Source of the DNA: Podarcis pityusensis
Taxonomy: Eukaryota
Length of the DNA: 64,000 nt
Assembly: GCA_964106645.2 (NCBI GenBank)
Contig: OZ067039.1
Direction: 5' to 3' (one strand)
The notes below the pieces were generated by a model, which was given only the letters and a program-made list of their open reading frames with translations, did no database searches and was not told the DNA's origin. Positions 24,801-34,842 of this stretch are shown in pieces. Each line of letters starts with the position of its first letter. Position 1 is the stretch's first letter. The position numbers and the translations under genes were made by a program.

Positions 24801-25718
24801 CACTGTCGCGAGCAGGTCGTCAATTTTGGGCATGGGGAAAGCCTTGGGCTTTGTCATCGAGTTTATGGCCCTATAGTCCACAATGAGTCTTTTTGGGGGG
24901 GTGTCCTTCTTCTTCACGAAAAACACAGGACTGCCCCCCACTGCCTTGGATTCTCGGATGAATCCCCTCTTCAAATTGTGATCTATGAACTCCCTGAGTT
25001 CCTGCATCTCATCTTCAGACATGGAATACAGCTTCGCAGTCGGCAGCGTCGCCCCTGGTAAGAGGTCAATTGCACAGTCGTAGGGCCGGTGGGGTGGTAA
25101 TTGGTCAGCTTCCTTTTCACAGAAGACCTCCAAAAACCCCTTGTACTTGTGAGGCACTGCCTGCACCATGCCGAGATGCAACTGTTGCCCTTCCTCCTGG
25201 CCCTCCTCCTCCGGGCCGGACTGGATGCAATGTTGTGTGCAGTAGGACGAGCCAAAGGTGAGCTGCCGCTGGTACCACGCTAATGATGGGCTGTGTCTAT
25301 CCAGCCAACTCATGCCTAACACTATAGGCGTGTCTGACAGTCGGGTGACGTTGAAACTGATGACCTCGCGATGATTCCCAATTTGCATGAGCATGGGTGG
25401 CGTCTGGTGTACCACTTGCCCGCCCAGCAACTTCCTGCCATCTACCGTGACGACGTTCAGAGGCAGCGTGGCTGGTAGAAGCGCTATGCGATGCTGCTTG
25501 ATGAACTGCGCCCCCACGAAGTCTGCGTTGCTCCCTGAGTCAATTGTAATGGGGACTTCCAGGGTGAGTCCATTAGGTAGCTGGAGAGTAGCAGTGAGTT
25601 GCACCACTGGCTTGGGTGGTAGGGGATTTGTAGGCTGCAAAAGCACTGGGGACTGCTTCACTGACTTGCCTGGCTGAGCCCCAGCATCTCTGCTTCCAGC
25701 CAGGCATTGTCGTTTCCC
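21180..25718 (-). CDS. pol: Pol (PR-RT-RNase H-IN-chromodomain plus long tail), predicted about 1851-aa Gag-Pol made by -1 frameshift
   Basis: Uninterrupted ORF with PR IDSGS; RT LDLRGAY, MPFGL, FLDD; RNase H TDAS, RELLAI, TDHKNL, DALSR; IN HHCC, LDFV, SDRG, VERVN and GPY; chromodomain EILDSR...YLL...NSWVP. Its frame is -1 relative to gag. Stop TAA at 21180-21182 lies inside the 3' LTR. Confidence 0.96.
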   Translation of the reverse strand, partial: GKRQCLAGSRDAGAQPGKSVKQSPVLLQPTNPLPPKPVVQLTATLQLPNGLTLEVPITIDSGSNADFVGAQFIKQHRIALLPATLPLNVVTVDGRKLLGGQVVHQTPPMLMQIGNHREVISFNVTRLSDTPIVLGMSWLDRHSPSLAWYQRQLTFGSSYCTQHCIQSGPEEEGQEEGQQLHLGMVQAVPHKYKGFLEVFCEKEADQLPPHRPYDCAIDLLPGATLPTAKLYSMSEDEMQELREFIDHNLKRGFIRESKAVGGSPVFFVKKKDTPPKRLIVDYRAINSMTKPKAFPMPKIDDLLATVRKGRVFTKLDLRGAYNLIRMREGDEWKTAMFTPLGTYEYRVMPFGLQNGSHCFQAFMHHVLAGLLYKKCVCFLDDILIFSESQETHERDVKEVLQRLREHRLYAKLEKCQFDVTEVDFLGYRLSDKGLAMDSAKVRAVLDWNSPRNRKEVQRFVGFANFYRKFIRGFAKETAAITDTLSSKKKKFTWTDQAEQSFRRLKSLFASEEQLLHVNPGRPMRVETDASDRAVGAVLLQEDPQGNWRPCAFYSRKLSKSEQNYTIWDRELLAIHAAFKAWQHFLIGAKHTVQVRTDHKNLEYWRTAKLQSQRHIRWAEFFVDFDFRIEYIPGDNNVIEDALSRKPQYLEEAAPVAAKHIFAPQAWACASAAVDLDAVRRALQTDPFAQSKMEEVRRGTAKDDEFQIRDGLLTRKGALYVPGDDLRAKVLQQLHDAPSAGHFGKEKTADLVARDFWWPQMRGEVADYVARCDTCQRSKPVHKKPAGLLEPLETPLQPWERVALDFVTDLPSSRGKTAVLVVADLFTKMAHFIPCAKVATAEQTAKLFIDHVFRVHGLPRSILSDRGRQFISSFWQKLLGILNVKINLASARHPQTNGQVERVNAIMQQYLRCYANQQPATWVDYLPMAEFAYNNTKHASTGVTPFFANNGRHPRTFPGLETPTQGESQGAEHLAAELQEVHEELRRHLELAKHAYKVQADRHRRAGEEIQVGDWVWLAAQAVPAKSLAKKKLGHKQLGPYQVEGRINPVAFRLTLPEGSRMHPVFHRSVLTPYKAPHRFQEPGTAPDPRRKSSGGGKSPRAPTLNEATEILDSRWGEEGVEYLLTREGTPASANSWVPDYALEEPLLKDEFHALFPHRPMPAEYFDDWLFTPTLSDSTFRGFSSAEGTTPESSPPRGSCSGVDTDRSYWWDDQPEVGWRREPWQVASPEVTGGGEDLDVLGEDPGFEHSYTELEAEEIDVDGLYSASTPATTELPEPAPEQREGGRGGFEGGMDVRGSGTEAQGRQEMESDGDESQDSEEEDDNDSRNSMSLSSESEDSQKGASVVRARGAPGGTCQEQGASRGSQSGSWASEPASPPECSEGGGGSSVSGEAAPAAEKGGRSEQATLPEGEGSSEGSSVTVKRKVRGWARTPNSNVEARGSTGSPEEEPGPKARRRGEEQSGDSASGESRRGETPGGRKTLRKRKERKRWSRASFLNWCRGGTDSEGTSTV
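21838..21851 (-). other. Polypurine tract GAGGGGGGGATGGA
   Basis: Purine-rich run abutting the TG of the 3' LTR. Confidence 0.88.
25646..25718 (-). promoter_or_regulatory. -1 ribosomal frameshift signal: G GGA AAC plus predicted H-type pseudoknot
   Basis: Slippery heptamer at 25712-25718 in the gag frame, then a 5-nt spacer. Stem 1 TGCCTGGCTG/CAGCCAGGCA (25697-25706 with 25667-25676). Loop CTGGGG (25679-25684) can pair with downstream CCCCAG (25646-25651). Confidence 0.88.
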
Positions 25719-26734
25719 TGAAACTGCTCTCCTTGGAGCGCTGCCCCTGTTACTGTCGCTAAAGCTGCAGTGTGCTTCTGGAGCCTCTGGGGACACTCTT
25801 TGGCCATGTGCCGTGCACTGTCACAGATGTAACACTTCCTGGTCCCTCTAGGAGGCTTCGCCTTGACTGCTCCGGACGCTGAGGCTCCGGCAGCTGTCTG
25901 AGCCTTTGCACCACCAAGTTCCATTGGTTCCTCCCCCTCCCTCAGCAGAGGCGAGGGATGCGTACGCCCCAGGTCCCTGGGAAGAAAAGGAGGCGCTCTA
26001 GCTGGTGCGCGGACTTGGCGCCCCTCCTCACTGTGCCAAGGGCGTTCTTCGTGGCGCACTCCTATCGTGAGTGCCCTCTGCACGACGTCTGCTCGGGTTT
26101 GAGGTCTGTCCCCCCTGGCCAACTCATCTTTTACGGAGCCATGAAGCCCCTCCCAGAACAAGTCTCTCACTGCCAATGAGTCCTTTTCCCAGCCCAGCAC
26201 ATTCAGCAAAGCAAAAAAGCGAGAATGGTACTGACGCACTGTAGCCTTGCCCTGCCGCAATCCATGCATCTCCCGGCGCGCCACATCAACATCAACTGTA
26301 GATTGGAAGCAAGCGTCCATGGCTTTGATAAATTCATCAGAGTTCCTGCGGGCAGGACCATCTTCGCGCCACAAATTGCGTAACCAGACTCTAGCTTCCC
26401 CATGCAAGTGGGACACAATAAAGCCTACCTTCTCCTCCTCATCTTTGAAGTCTTTCTGAAGCAAATGCAGCGCGTATACGACGTCTGCTCTGAAACTGGG
26501 ATAATGCTTCAGGTTTCCATCGAAGTGGGCTACTAAATTGCCCCCCCTCCGTCCGAGTCCGATTCCCTCTGATCTGGACCCCGGGAACCCCTCTTTGCAC
26601 GCATGATCCCACCTGGCTTGCAGATCCTGGCATCGCGCTTCTGCTTCGGCAACTGTCTTCTGAGAGACCACTACTGCAGCGGAGAGTTCAGCAACTGCGT
26701 TTTGCAGGGTCGTTATCTGCTCCTCAGTAGTCAT
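25658..26734 (-). CDS. gag: Gag, 358 aa (coiled coil, capsid, CCHC nucleocapsid)
   Basis: First ATG after the PBS (MTTEEQ). N-terminal coiled-coil-like segment, capsid motifs HFDGN and LRQGKATVRQYHSRF, EEPMELGG, and zinc knuckle CYICDSARHMAKEC. Confidence 0.95.
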   Translation of the reverse strand: MTTEEQITTLQNAVAELSAAVVVSQKTVAEAEARCQDLQARWDHACKEGFPGSRSEGIGLGRRGGNLVAHFDGNLKHYPSFRADVVYALHLLQKDFKDEEEKVGFIVSHLHGEARVWLRNLWREDGPARRNSDEFIKAMDACFQSTVDVDVARREMHGLRQGKATVRQYHSRFFALLNVLGWEKDSLAVRDLFWEGLHGSVKDELARGDRPQTRADVVQRALTIGVRHEERPWHSEEGRQVRAPARAPPFLPRDLGRTHPSPLLREGEEPMELGGAKAQTAAGASASGAVKAKPPRGTRKCYICDSARHMAKECPQRLQKHTAALATVTGAALQGEQFQGNDNAWLEAEMLGLSQASQ

Positions 26735-26783
26735 GTCTGCCAAACTTCGTGAGCTTTGCAAAAAAAAAATTTGCGGTTTCTTG

Positions 26784-26794
26784 AGAGGGGACTT
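26784..26794 (-). other. Self-priming primer-binding site AAGTCCCCTCT
   Basis: Starts 2 nt after the 5' LTR, has no TGG start, and is the exact complement of AGAGGGGACTT at 26934-26944 in the LTR. Confidence 0.85.
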
Positions 26795-26796
26795 AC

Positions 26797-27580
26797 TGTC
26801 AGGGCTGCCTCAAGTCTCAGCTCACAAAAGACCAACGCCAATCTCTTCTTATATACGAAAGTGTTTATTGCAGTTCATTGTTTGCTTCACATCCGAGGCG
26901 CGCAGCCCCACGTCTGTTACGCTTAGACCGTTGAAGTCCCCTCTGAGTCAGTCCCTCCCCTGCACCAGTTTAAGAAGCTTGCTCTGCTCCACCTCTTCCT
27001 CTCTTTCCTTTTCCGCAGGGTCTTCCTGCCCCCTGGGGTTTCGCCCCTCCTGGATTCCCCTGACGCGGAATCCCCAGACTGCTCTTCCCCCCTCCTGCGG
27101 GCTTTGGGACCTGGCTCTTCCTCCGGGCTCCCTGTACTTCCGCGCGCCTCTACATTTGAACTTGGCACGCGCGCCCAACCTCTAACCTTCCTTTTGACAG
27201 TTACACTACTCCCTTCACTACTCCCCTCCCCTTCCGGGAGGGTGGCTTGCTCCGACCTCCCTCCCTTCTCTGCTGCCGGAGCTGCTTCCCCTGATACACT
27301 GGATCCTCCACCCCCTTCGCTGCACTCTGGCGGGGAGGCTGGTTCTGACGCCCAGCTGCCACTTTGGGATCCCCTGCTGGCCCCCTGTTCCTGACACGTC
27401 CCCCCTGGGGCTCCCCTGGCCCTGACCACCGGCGCCCCCTTCTGGGAATCCTCTGATTCGCTGGAAAGACTCATGGAATTTCTTGAGTCATTGTCATCCT
27501 CTTCCTCGCTGTCCTGGGATTCATCCCCATCGCTCTCCATCTCCTGCCTACCCTGTGCCTCTGTCCCTGAACCCCTGACA
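26797..27580 (-). repeat. 5' LTR (U3 about 26945-27580; R/U5 26797-26944)
   Basis: Matches 21054-21837 at offset 5743 with 5 substitutions seen by eye. Lies upstream of gag on the minus strand. Confidence 0.97.
26940..26976 (-). promoter_or_regulatory. LTR core promoter: TATA-like CTTAAA and Inr-like CTCAGA, predicted TSS 26944
   Basis: TTAAA starts at 26973, 29 nt upstream of the A in TCA. That A is also the first base of the PBS-complementary 11-mer. Confidence 0.7.
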
Positions 27581-27995
27581 CACGTTTTGACAAATTAAAG
27601 AGTTTAAGTGTTCACAAGGATTAATAAAATACACTGGTCTGATGGCACAAGATTAGACTGTGATGAACCCACCCTCTAGATCACCTGATCATATAAACAA
27701 ACCACTGCTAGTGGCTGGTGCTGGATCAAGTGTGTGTGTGTGTGCATGCTGTCAGTCTTCTTCTTCAAAAATAAGAAGATAAAGATGTGAGAGTTAATAA
27801 TGGTTGAGTTTTACTTTTGTTGAAAAGACAATATATAGATAATACAGCTATAGGTGTTGCACAGGAAGCACTGAGAGTCATTTGCTCACACATAAACCAA
27901 TGAGACTAGCTGCACTGGGCTGCTGGCATGTCACTGTGTCTGCAATGCCCGATTTCTCACTCAAGGAGGGAGAAATCAGAGAAAACATGGCAATA

Positions 27996-28210
27996 CAGTT
28001 GTACCTTCGTTCTCGAACGGAATCCATTCCGGAAGTCTGTTCAACTTTCGAAAACCAAGCTTTCTGCACTGAAACGGAAGCTGTGGAAGCAGTGTTGGAC
28101 AATCGGATTCCAAAGAACGTTCGCAAACCGGAACACTCACTTCCAGGTTTGCGGCATTTGGGAGCTAAAACGTACGATTACCAAGGCGTTCGACAACCAA
28201 GGTACGACTG
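27996..28210. mobile_element. Tigger/pogo-like MITE
   Basis: TIRs CAGTTGTACCTT and AAGGTACGACTG, with TA on the left side only. Confidence 0.8.
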
Positions 28211-29069
28211 AACAGGGTGTTGGTGAAGAACATACCACTGCAAACACCTGCAAAAAGCCACAAAAGCAGGATGGAGGGTTTTGTGGGGCTGGATGCCTCG
28301 GAAAGCACTATTTTGCCCCTGAAAACATTTGCAAGTGAATACTTCGTACAGCTGTAGATGGGGAAAGTCTTTGGTTGCAGAGAAAACTGAATAAATAAGT
28401 CCTGAGAATCAAGATTAATTAACTTGAATGATAAACTGATGAAAGGTTTATCAGTGTCGCTTTAAGACTAGTGACTGTCATTCTTAGGTGCACAAAAGTC
28501 CCATACTTTACTAAATCATCATTATGCTGTCCATTTTACAGCACACATTCACGAGGAACCTTATTACAGTTTTACATCACTGTAACTAACACCATTGGCT
28601 TCCGCTAATGAATTTGTAAATCACCTAGGGTGTAAAGGAAATTTGATGCCTTGCTGAAAAAGAAAAATTAACCCTCCTTTTCTGTTTACAGAAATGCAGC
28701 CAAATTACAAAGTTAATGATTCCTTGCAGCCTTTCTCCCTCCACCTAGTTCCTTAAGCTTCGTGATATGCTGGGTGAGGGGCTCCTTCCCCTCTAGTTAA
28801 TTCACAAGCCTTGGGCCCAATTCAGAAATTTGCTAGTGTTACCTTGTGGAGTGCCTTGAGTATCTCTGAAAATGCAGTCACATGGAATACGTCCAGGGCC
28901 TTTGATTACATCTGTTATCATGCTAGCCCATCATTCAGGCATCCCAAACCAGGGCTGTAATTTGCATGGGAAGCTTACATGAGTAGAAAAGGCTCTTTAT
29001 ACCAGGTCTGGGGCAGAGAATTTTACATTGTCTGTAGGCTGTGAAAAGCTACCTAATTTACACATATCA

Positions 29070-29460
29070 AACCAACATGCAGACTGAAACGCAGTTTTCC
29101 TTCAAAATTCACATTTCTCCGAATTTTGTGACTCAGTTCTCCAACCAGCATATATTTAAAAAAGAGGGAAGTCAATGTGCAAAAAATTAATATATGAGTA
29201 AAAATGACATAATAAGATGCATTACATTAAGGGAAATCCCATGCAAAAATCTGCACGTGAGTGAAAAATACATATAGAAATGTATTTATTGGGAGAAATT
29301 TGCACTAAAATACTGGTGAATTTTCATGGGGATTAAAAATAAATAAATAAATCACAAATTGCTGCAGAAATGAGGAGAACTTTAATATTCACATCTTCAA
29401 TATTTATTTTGAATATTTAATATTCAAAAACTTAGAAGAAAACTGACAATGACAGAGTCA
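29070..29460. repeat. Unclassified AT-rich interspersed repeat, inverted homolog near 56200-56500
   Basis: AAATTCACATTTCTCCGAATTTTG matches the reverse complement of CAAAATTCGGATGAGTGCAAATT, and flanking blocks also match. Confidence 0.55.
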
Positions 29461-32400
29461 TCCATTGCTACCTCCTACAGATGTTATTACTCCAATTCAT
29501 GGAGGACAACAGGGACACCAGTGGGCAATGAAGCTCATGGGCTTTTCTCCACCCCCCCCCATCTTGTGAGGGATTTAACAAGTAGGGATAGGACCACTCA
29601 CATGACTCAGTGCTGAAGAGCACCGATAGGATCTTTCCATCCAGCACACAGAGCTGCTTCTGAGCAGCAATTCCTAACTACAGGTTACGAGAGAGTTAAA
29701 CTCGCTCTCCTTGCCTGCTCTGGTGTCAGTAATGATTAGTCCTCCCTGGCATATGCTATGTGAATTTGAAAAAGAAACAAACCCAAATGTGTGCATTAAA
29801 TGCCAAGGCACATTTCATGTCACATCTGCGTTGGCCCTAATGAGAAACTGAGCTGGATTTTTCTCGCCTCAGGTCACCCTGCACTGAGGGAATGGGGAAG
29901 GGTCCAAGTGAGCCCCAAATTACTTTCTAAGCCTCAAAGCACAGCTTGCCCTAGATACTCCATAGGGGTTGCTACAGGTTATCTTACCTCCTCTGTTTGG
30001 TGCACAGTGATTTTGATTATAGAACATGTCTTTCTTTGTATAAGAGAACATCTTTGGCATATGTTGAAGGTGCTAGCCATTGCTAAAATGGGAAGGGAGC
30101 AGTGCTTGATTGTCTTTGGTTATGTCATAATGTATGTGACCCAATCTGCCATACATTTAAGATCACAAAATATTTTCTCAAAACAAATGAATTCCAGTTT
30201 ATCACCTGTCAGGTAGTTAGCAGCACTGCGGGATAATTTTACACTTTTGTGAGGCCATTGTTTGCTATTAAATTCACCCTCACGATCGCTCCGGAGTTTA
30301 TAGATGTGAGGTCCCTGCCGGTGTTCCCCTAGCATTAGTCTATGAGGAATTTTTGATTTGATTTCCTCAAGCTATTATTCAGAAAGCCTTTTTCTATTAT
30401 TTTGTTGACACTTTGGATTTTGCAAGGTTGCTTGCTGACAGATTGCTTGGAAACAGCAACATCTAAATGCTGTGTAAAATGTTGACATTGACAGCGCAAG
30501 AAGCCATCTCAGCTGATTTCTTGTTAGAGTGTATAACGTACTGAGGTGGGGGGAGGAGAAACCACAAGTTGAAATGAGCATCATTTCCAGCACAATTGAG
30601 TCCAGCAAAGAACTATGGCATAGCAACCTGTGTTGCACACCCTCCAACAGTGGGCACATAGTAATGGGCCCACATGCGATTTTTGAGATAATATATCATC
30701 ATCACCACCACCATCATCGAATTACTTTAAATAAGTCATTTCCATGGAGATCTGGTGACATTCAACTAATCTGGAATTCTTAATTTTAAAAGCACATTTC
30801 CTTCCATTTAACCCCCCATGTGTTTAACATGTTTCAATTCTGCATATCTTTTTTCAAATGAGTTTTTATTGGTTTTCCATAAGAAACAAGAGAACACAAC
30901 CCTCTCCATCCTCAGTGAACAACTCCCTCTATTCACCCCTCTCCCCCAAACCACAGAATTTAATGGGAAAACATTTTTCCAAAGTTTCAAATGTGAGTCT
31001 GTTGGATGATACTGTAGTTGATGTACTGTTGAGCATGTGGTGAAAGTAACCATATCTCTATAAAATTGTCTGTTTTCCCAGCCAAAGCTTTAAAATTCTG
31101 CATATCTTTCACTATGCAGGTGCCATACATGGCAGATTTAGCTCCCAGATATTGGACATTTAAGAATTACAAAATATATACAGATCCATTGCCAAACAGG
31201 TCCCTTTTCCATTTAAAGATGTTTACTGTCAAGATGATAGCTTAAGGCTACATATACTCACCTCTGTCCCTTATGGTTTCCAGCTGTTCTTCTGGTCCTT
31301 TGATCAGTTATAGAAGTCATAGGTGAATCACAGGAGGGAGTTTATAGGTACAACCTTCTTGACTTTCTAGGTCATAAGACTCCCTTCTGAGCAAAAAGTG
31401 AGGAAAGGCAAGGATCAGAAATAATCCCTTGGCAGCCACTTTCCATTTTAGGTTGCTAGGTCAGGCCCACAAATTTCACTTTGATGGGCAAAGGCCAAAG
31501 GATTAAGATCAACATTTAGGATCAAAGGAAAGGCTGGAAGTTAAAACTAGGCAAGAAACTTATGCCTAGTTCTCTCTCTGAACCACATACATAACCTGCA
31601 GAGACTGTTCAAATCAGAATGGCAATGTGGAAAACAAGGCATGGATGGATATTAGAATGGCAGTAAAAACACGATGTTGGCATTATGCCTTCCCAGATGC
31701 CTTGAGTAGATACAGAATTTGTTCTATGTGTAGTAGAGTGTACGTGTGTAGTTCTCATTTTCTGCCACAAAAAGTCACCCCAAAACTCATGTATGTCATG
31801 TCCATTCCGAGCATTCAGAAAATATCTACAATGCTGTGAATAAGGTGGGCAGCTTTGCAAATATTTCTGCAAAGTGAATTTCAAGGAGATTCAACTGATT
31901 CAGCTTTCTCCACTATTCCTAGCCCTCGCAATACTAACTGCATGAAGGCTCCACAGCTTTCACCCCTACTCATTGACCAGACATTGTTCTTGGGGTCAGA
32001 AGAAAATAGTGGTGCTGTATGCATCTATATTCTATCTTACAAGTTCTTATTTTCACCAAGTCACATATTCTTCAGAGCAGGAGTTCTTTTTACCATAATG
32101 AAGAGGCCAGCTGTTTCGTTGCAGCTTGATCTCTTTGGGGTGCTGATGACTGGGGCATTTCCTTTTTCTTCTTCTCGCTTTTGCTTTTGTTATTATAAAG
32201 ATCATTTTAAACTCATTAGCCTAAATAATGTCAAGAGATTTATTTTTACTTCAGTAAATGTGCCAACAGTGCTATCATTTCCACGACTTAAATAATGGCA
32301 GTAAAAGTGGTTCCTAATGATACCTCATTTGTATTAAAGATCCTTCAGCAGCAACACGGTTTAAACAATTAGTTTGTCTTAGCTACAGTGCTGGAGTTTG

Positions 32401-33457
32401 AAATCAAAGTGCATGCATGGAAAATTGCACGCTATTCTTATTCACTCTTCGGTTGCACCACGATTCTGGAAGCCTCAGGGCAGCCTGTTCTTTGAAAGAT
32501 CATTTCAGAAGATTAGCTTACCTATGGTGCAAATTAACAGTATGCCTTACTTGCAGGACTAAAGTCTCAGCACTCCAACCCTAGCTGGAGCAAGGTCACC
32601 AAACCAACTTTTGAACTTCCTGTGGAAACGAGCACTTGTTATTTTGATCTCTTTAATTGGAGAAAAGGTTCTAGTCATTAGAATGAAACATTATGATGAC
32701 TAGGAATTCAGCAACACTCATGTAGGGACTGACACATTCAAGGCAAATTTACCTCTCCCAGACTTTATGATGTAGTTCAACTCACTGTGTCAGTTGAGCC
32801 ATAACCAGGGCTTTTTTTCATGGGGAACTCACAGGAACTCATTCTGGCACCTCTCAGGTGGGTGCTGTCACCTCTTAAGGGTTCAAGACAACTGGTGTGG
32901 ATCACAAGTAGGAAAACTCACTCTGAGTGGTGAGTGACAATAAATGATATGGTAGGCAGGCACCAGGATGTAAAATGTGTTGTGGAGCTGCAGACTGAAT
33001 ACTGCCACTAAATCCCCTCTGCACTAGACAGATTGGTGGAGGAAAATCTATAACTTCAGCTAAGTTATATGGATACAAATACATTTTTTTTTGTTTCACA
33101 TAATGTAGATGCATTTGTGATGGATGTTTGGTACAGCTGTATATTAACCAGGGCCAGGGTTAGATTAATGGACAGGATGGCTCTTCTCCAGACCCAACAT
33201 ACACATAACATCAAAATCAGGTAAAAACATGTAAGGAGGGTGCACAGCAGAGTTGATGTAGGAGCTGATCTGGCAGGGAGCATATCTGAAGAAGAGTCAT
33301 TCCAAGGGGCATTCCTCTTTTCTAACAGTACATTTCCTCTACATTTCCCCCCAAATATCTCTTGAGGAATGAAGTTTCCATGGAAATGTGGCATTCATTT
33401 CCTAGCTGCTCTAGCAGGAGGGCAATGTAGTTTCTATATTGCCAAATGTTGCGTGTC

Positions 33458-34842
33458 TTTTTTTTTTTTTTTTTAAAGATATTTATTAGAGTTTAGGTAT
33501 TACAAACAAAAAAGGGGAAAAAAGGAATACAAGCAATAAACAATTACAAAACCTCAAAAACAAAAGAAAATACAATAATCAACAATACATCAAAACATTA
33601 AAAAAGAAAAAAAAGAATCATTTAAAAAACACAAACCTTTAAGAAAATAGAAGGGGAAAAAAGAAGAAGAAAAAAGAACAAAAAAGAAGGACCCCATATT
33701 TTCATATCCTTATCTTTCATTTGCTTATTTCCTCGACTTCCTCACACCTCCTTTTTTGTATTCTAGTTCAATTAATTGTTCCAGCAAATCCTTTCCCTCT
33801 TTTTCAAATTTAGTCCATAATTTATCTTAACACAATTTAACCTTAAGTTTAACCTTTACCCATTGTCAGTCTATTCATATTTAATTCTTTATAACATTTC
33901 TACTAGAGTCATATAACTTCTTTCCAGCATCCTTCTAACATTCATTAATTTTACAATATTTCTGTAAATATACTTTAAATTTTTTCCAATCTTCTTCCAC
34001 CGACTCTTCTCCCTGGTCTCGGATTCTGCCAGTCATTTCCACCAGTTCCATGTAATCCATCAGCTTCATCTGCCATTCTTCCTTGGTAGGTAGATCTTGT
34101 GTCTTCCAGTGCTTTGCGATAAGTATTCTTGCTGCTGTTGTGGCGTACATGAAAAAAATTCTGTCCTTCTTTGGCACCAATTGGCCTACCATGCCCAGGA
34201 GAAAGGCCTCTGGTTTCTTTAGAAAGGTATATTTAAATACCTTTTTCATTTCATTATAGATCATCTCCCAGAATGCCTTAATCTTTGGGCATGTCCACCA
34301 AAGGTGAAAGAATGTACCTTCAGTTTCATTACATTTCCAACATTTATTATCGGGCAAATGGTAATTTTTTGCAAGCTTGACTGGTGTTATGTACCACCTG
34401 TAAATCATTTTCATTAAATTCTCTTTTAAGGCATTACATGCCGTAAACTTCATACCAGTGGTCCATAACTGTTCCCAGTCAGCCATCATAATATTATGTC
34501 CAACATCTTGTGCCCATTTAATCATAGCAGATTTCACCATTTCATCTTGAGTATTCCATTTCAACAGCAAGTTATACATTCTTGACAGATTCTTAACTTT
34601 AGGGTCTAACAATTCTGTTTCCAGCTTTGATTTTTCCACCTGGAAGCCTAGTTTTTTGTCCGAGTTATATGCCTCCATTATTTGGTAGTAATGGAGCCAA
34701 TCTCGTACTCTGTTTTTTAATTTTTCAAAGCTCTGCAGTTTTAATCTGTCACCCTCTTGTTCCAAAATTTCCCAATACTTCGGCCATTTGGCCTCCATAT
34801 TGAGTTTTTTCTGAGCCTTTGCTTCCATTGGTGACAGCCATC
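33458..34842 (-). mobile_element. Young 5'-truncated L1-clade LINE (ORF2 C-terminus, 3' UTR, polyA)
   Basis: Open frame 33935-34842 with CWKC-x8-H-x4-C (CWKCNETEGTFFHLWWTC). AATAAA at 33482-33487 and poly(T) at 33458-33474 on the plus strand. TSD TGTTGCGTGTCTTTT at 33447 and 34843. Confidence 0.93.

Larger units (their letters stand above)
21054..27580 (-). mobile_element. Full-length Ty3/Gypsy LTR retrotransposon, chromovirus of the Tf1/sushi group
   Basis: Two 784-bp direct repeats, each with TGTCAGGG...CCCTGACA inverted ends. 5-bp TSD CACGT at 21049-21053 and 27581-27585. Gag is followed by PR-RT-RH-IN-chromodomain (Gypsy order). No env. Confidence 0.98.

Noticed and set aside
25719-25796. 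Track start for pol (MSPEAPEAH...) and the upstream gag start at 26761
   Set aside because: Both are non-ATG starts. Pol is better explained by the -1 frameshift, and gag by the ATG at 26734.
21361-26459. Many plus-strand and alternate-frame ORFs inside the LTR element
   Set aside because: They are shadows of a GC-rich coding strand and carry no recognisable motifs.
30529-30783. ORF with a poly-His run
   Set aside because: It arises from a short (CAT/CAC)n repeat with no splice or domain support.
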